NCBI GenBank assembly: GCA_049322915.1
Contig: JBMOPW010000002.1
Location: forward strand, 73,473-137,472
DNA length: 64,000 nt
Origin: Candidatus Zhuqueibacterota bacterium
Lineage (GTDB): Bacteria; Zhuqueibacterota; Zhuqueibacteria; Thermofontimicrobiales; Thermofontimicrobiaceae
Direction of reading: 5' to 3'
Both the position numbers and the translations under genes were made by a program. Below are positions 60,404 to 64,000 of the stretch, piece after piece. The stretch's first letter is position 1. Each line of letters begins with the position of its first letter. The notes beneath the pieces are model-generated. The model had not been told where the DNA came from and ran no database searches. It saw nothing but the letters and a program-made list of their open reading frames with translations.

Positions 60404-61888
60404 ATGGTTGAAAAAAAAGCGATAATTTTCTTCTCTCTCTCTCTGATGTTCATCTTTCTCTCCTGCTCCGATACAAAAAAGAGTTCCGATTCAGCGAACC
60501 GGAAGCATACGATCTTCGTGAATCTCGGCATTTATACGCCGGGCACCAAGCTGGCTTTCGGCGAGCCGCTCAAAGCCAGCAAAGAGGTCGCGGACGCCTA
60601 TTCGAAAATTCATCCGGAGACCGTCATTAAATTCGTGCAGCAGGTCGTCATCAGCGGTTCCCAGGAAGGGGAATGGCTGAAGGCGCAGCTCGTTGGCGGC
60701 ATCGCGCCGGACATCATCTCGCAGAACGCCGAGGTCACCTGGCCCGATGTGGCCAAAGGTTGGTACGTCCCGCTGGATGAATTCCTCGAAAAGCCGAATC
60801 CCTACATCCCGGGGAACAGGCGCTGGCTCGACTCCTTCGTCAATCTGCCGCTCGTCCATGCCAAGCGCGCACTGAATGGAAAATTGTACTGCATCTCCAT
60901 CGACGTCGTGGAAACAGCCATCTATTACAACAAGACGATCTTCGATAAACTGAATCTGAGACCGCCGGGCACGTGGGAGGAGTTCCTTCAATTGCAGCAG
61001 ACGCTTCTGGACAACGGCATCACGCCCATGCCCACGGCCCAGGACCTGGTATCTGATTGGGGCCAGGACATCATTTTCGATATGCTGTATTACGACATCA
61101 TTGAGCGGCTGGATGTTGAGCCGTCCATCGACAATCAGAAAGGGTACATGAGTCACTATTTGCTGCCAAAGGAAATCGCGTTTCTGTTCACCAAAGGATA
61201 TTTCACGCGCAAGGATCCCCGCTGGGTGGAGATGCACCGCATCCTTAAGGACTGGCGAAAATACTGGGCAAAGGAACTCAAGAATACCGACACCTCGCGT
61301 CTGTTTCTCACTGGCCGGGCTGCCATGTGCTGGGATGGCAGTTGGTTCACGCGTCGCTTGCTGTACGACCCATATCTGGATTTCGAGTGGGGCATTTTTT
61401 ATCTGCCGAAAATCACCAAAAGCACATCAGGTTTCGCCTCCGGCGCCGATGCTTCTGTGATTGGGGGCGCTGCCATTCAACTGCACGTCACCAATTCGGC
61501 GACCATTTACGACCACATCGACGAGGTCATCGATTTTCTGATGTTCTACACCGCACCGCAAAATTTCGAGAAGGTGATCAACGAGACCCTCATGTTTTTG
61601 CCAAATATCCACGGCGTGACCATTCCCGACGAACTGCTCCCCATCAACGAAATTTTTCAACGCCGCTATTGCGCTGTCAAGTGGCTGGAGAGTTTTGATC
61701 CGAAATACAAAAGCTACTGGCGGCGCATGCTGGATTTGTTTCTGAACGACGGGCTGACCATAGACCAGTACCTGGCCACGCTTGAGTATAATTTCAATAA
61801 TTTTATCGAAGAGAAAAGCAAAACAGAAAATTGGGATTTTTCAGATTATGAAAAAGTTTGGCAAGAGATCGGCCTGGAACTGGAGTAG
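60404..61888 (+). CDS. Carbohydrate ABC transporter substrate-binding lipoprotein
   Basis: Lipobox LSC; APDI, IYYNKTIF, PGTWEEF, FLTGRAAM..GSW. Confidence 0.88.
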   Translation: MVEKKAIIFFSLSLMFIFLSCSDTKKSSDSANRKHTIFVNLGIYTPGTKLAFGEPLKASKEVADAYSKIHPETVIKFVQQVVISGSQEGEWLKAQLVGGIAPDIISQNAEVTWPDVAKGWYVPLDEFLEKPNPYIPGNRRWLDSFVNLPLVHAKRALNGKLYCISIDVVETAIYYNKTIFDKLNLRPPGTWEEFLQLQQTLLDNGITPMPTAQDLVSDWGQDIIFDMLYYDIIERLDVEPSIDNQKGYMSHYLLPKEIAFLFTKGYFTRKDPRWVEMHRILKDWRKYWAKELKNTDTSRLFLTGRAAMCWDGSWFTRRLLYDPYLDFEWGIFYLPKITKSTSGFASGADASVIGGAAIQLHVTNSATIYDHIDEVIDFLMFYTAPQNFEKVINETLMFLPNIHGVTIPDELLPINEIFQRRYCAVKWLESFDPKYKSYWRRMLDLFLNDGLTIDQYLATLEYNFNNFIEEKSKTENWDFSDYEKVWQEIGLELE

Positions 61889-62759
61889 ATACTTCCCCCT
61901 GTATGCGTTGCTGGGCCCGACGTTCATTCTCCTGTTGATTTTCAATTACTACCCGGCGCTGCTGGCGATGTTTCGCTCCTTCTTCGAATGGGACCTGGGC
62001 AACAAAGCGCAGTTTGTGGGACTTGGCAATTTTGTCCGCATGTTTCAGGATCCGATTTTTTACAAGAGCCTGGTCAATATCAGCAAACTGCTCATTTTCA
62101 CGCTTGCAGTAAATCTCACTGTGCCGCTGCTGGTGGCGGAACTGATTTTTTCGATCAAATCACTGACGTGGAGCTATCTGGTCCGTGTGCTGCTGGTTAT
62201 TCCCATGCTGGTGCCGCCGGTGGTCGTCTGGGTGCTGTGGAAATTCATCTATTCCGACGCCGGCATTATGACCTCAGTGCTGGAATTCATCGGTAAACCG
62301 GACTGGATTTATGGTTGGTTGAGCCACCCGAAGACCGCCTTGTTCGCCGTGGCTTTTGTCGGGTTCCCGTTCGCCTACGGTTTCAACGTGCTCATTTATT
62401 ACGCCGGGCTGTCCAATATCCCGGAATCGATGCTCGAATCCGCCCGCATCGATGGGGTGTCCCCGTGGCAAATGTTTTTCAGGATTCACCTGCCCATGAT
62501 TTTAACGCAGCTCCGATTATTATTGATTGTCACCATCATCGCTGTGCTCCAGGGATTCGAGTCCGTGTACGTGCTCACCGGCGATGGCGGCCCCGGCTAC
62601 GAAACCATGCTGCCCGGACTGTACATGTTTTACAACGGCTTCACTTACAACAGAATGGGTTACGCCTGCGCCATCGGGCTGTTCCTGTTTCTGCTGATGC
62701 TGACATTCACGTTTTTGAATAATAAATACATTCGCTCGGAACAGGAGTTCCAGGCGTGA
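61848..62759 (+). CDS. Carbohydrate ABC transporter permease
   Basis: FVGLGNF, EAA-like loop IPESMLESARIDG, MGYACA. Confidence 0.9.
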   Translation: MKKFGKRSAWNWSRYFPLYALLGPTFILLLIFNYYPALLAMFRSFFEWDLGNKAQFVGLGNFVRMFQDPIFYKSLVNISKLLIFTLAVNLTVPLLVAELIFSIKSLTWSYLVRVLLVIPMLVPPVVVWVLWKFIYSDAGIMTSVLEFIGKPDWIYGWLSHPKTALFAVAFVGFPFAYGFNVLIYYAGLSNIPESMLESARIDGVSPWQMFFRIHLPMILTQLRLLLIVTIIAVLQGFESVYVLTGDGGPGYETMLPGLYMFYNGFTYNRMGYACAIGLFLFLLMLTFTFLNNKYIRSEQEFQA

Positions 62760-62781
62760 CTCTGCGCCCACGTCACTTTGA

Positions 62782-63642
62782 GTGAAAGAACCGGCATTGT
62801 TAATGAACGCATTCAAGAATATATCGCCTCTGAGATTCTTCGGTTTAAGCCTGTTAGGATTGATTCTATTCCTGACGTTTTTCCCGTTCGTGTTCATGTT
62901 CGTCACCTCGTTCAAAAACATCTTCCAATTCTATCATTCATTCTGGCTGCCGTCATTCCCGCTGCACCCTGAAAATTACGCTATGGTCTTTCCGATCATT
63001 TTCCGGTACATTGTGAACAGCATTTTCGTCACTGTCCTGTCGGTGCTCGGCGTTGTGTTTCTCGGCGCGCTGTCCGGATTCGTGTTCGCCCGGTTCTCGT
63101 TTCCCGGCAAGCGGCTGTTATTTTACGGCATCATCGGTTTGATGATGGTGCCCTGGATTTTGACGCTTATCCCGGCGTTCATGGTTGTGAAGCGCCTCAA
63201 TCTGCTGGACACGTACTGGGTGATGATTTTGCCATACATTTCCGGGGGACAGGTTCTGGCCATCTATATTTTTCATTCGTTCTTCATCACGCTGCCGGAA
63301 GAATTGTTCGAATCAGCGCGGATGGATGGCGCCGGATATTTCCAGCAGTTCTGGTACATCGGCGCGGCCATGAGCAGGCCAGTGTTCGGGCTGGTGGCCA
63401 TTATCAGCTCGCTGGCCGTCTGGAATAATTTCATCTGGCCGCTGGTCACCACAACGGACGACAAAATCACCGTCCTCACGGTGGGCGTGCTGAGGTTCAG
63501 CGTGTCTTATACCTATTGCAACATGCATCACGGAGAACTGTTCGCTGGCTACACCATTGCCTCCATTCCGCTGCTCATCATTTTCGCCATTGCCACAAAG
63601 CAATTCATCCGCGGCATTACGGCTGGCGCACTGAAAGGATAA
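62782..63642 (+). CDS. Carbohydrate ABC transporter permease
   Basis: TSFK, FARFSFPGK, LPEELFESARMDGA, WNNFIWP, GALKG. Confidence 0.92.
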   Translation: MKEPALLMNAFKNISPLRFFGLSLLGLILFLTFFPFVFMFVTSFKNIFQFYHSFWLPSFPLHPENYAMVFPIIFRYIVNSIFVTVLSVLGVVFLGALSGFVFARFSFPGKRLLFYGIIGLMMVPWILTLIPAFMVVKRLNLLDTYWVMILPYISGGQVLAIYIFHSFFITLPEELFESARMDGAGYFQQFWYIGAAMSRPVFGLVAIISSLAVWNNFIWPLVTTTDDKITVLTVGVLRFSVSYTYCNMHHGELFAGYTIASIPLLIIFAIATKQFIRGITAGALKG

Positions 63643-63795
63643 TTCATTCGACGATATTTTGAAAATGGTCTGGCTCAAGATTCCTGCCGTCCGCGCCGGC
63701 AAGCCGGAAGTAACTCTGTTATAAAAATGTCATTGAATTTCTGAAAACACCTGGAACTTCCATTGGGGTTTCCCATTTAACAAATACCTGAAAGA

Positions 63796-63847
63796 AGCTA
63801 TCAGCTTTCAGCGTTCAGCTATCAGCTATCAGCTATCAGCGCTCAGC
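63796..63847 (+). repeat. 7 x 7-bp tandem repeat (AGCTATC consensus)
   Basis: agctatc agctttc agcgttc agctatc agctatc agctatc agcgctc agc. Confidence 0.85.
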
Positions 63848-64000
63848 GACAGGAAAGACAGTCTGTTCAGATGGAATTATCCTGTTACCCAATGGGTGAA
63901 ACCATGCAACTGTTTCTATTTATTAATATGAATGACCAGTTGAGATCATGTGAAATAAATTCGATACTCTGTAGTGGACGGTCGCGCCCCGGCACAAACC

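Overview
A 64-kb bacterial chromosomal window, mostly moderate GC with AT-rich intergenic stretches. Three proteins carry the 'QNYPNPFN' secretion-tail (T9SS-type/FlgD-Ig) domain, which suggests an FCB-superphylum organism such as KSB1 or Calditrichota (inference). About 45 CDSs are mostly housekeeping or metabolic: ddl, M16 protease, copA, a Crp/Fnr regulator with a ferredoxin, cnoX, GAF/HD-GYP, two Hsp20 plus DnaJ, a beta-oxidation-like cluster, xdhC, a C5-epimerase/flippase/B12 radical SAM block, dinB and a sugar ABC transporter. I recognised no rRNA, tRNA, CRISPR array or transposase. Stand-out observations: (1) a tail-anchored metacaspase converging on an NLR-like STAND ATPase that has 13 near-identical, site-specifically variable TPR repeats and is bracketed by direct repeats (candidate immune/cell-death module); (2) a parvulin PPIase fused to an anaerobic sulfatase-maturase-type radical SAM/SPASM enzyme across a slippery T7 run; (3) an AT-rich secreted 13+1-repeat propeller-like protein with mosaic variable loops, lying inside the beta-oxidation cluster; (4) many non-autonomous repeats, including a nest of inverted-repeat elements at 48.9-49.6 kb, a 161-bp MITE, and REP-like doublets with covarying stems. 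All calls come from reading the sequence and motif recognition; no database searches were run.
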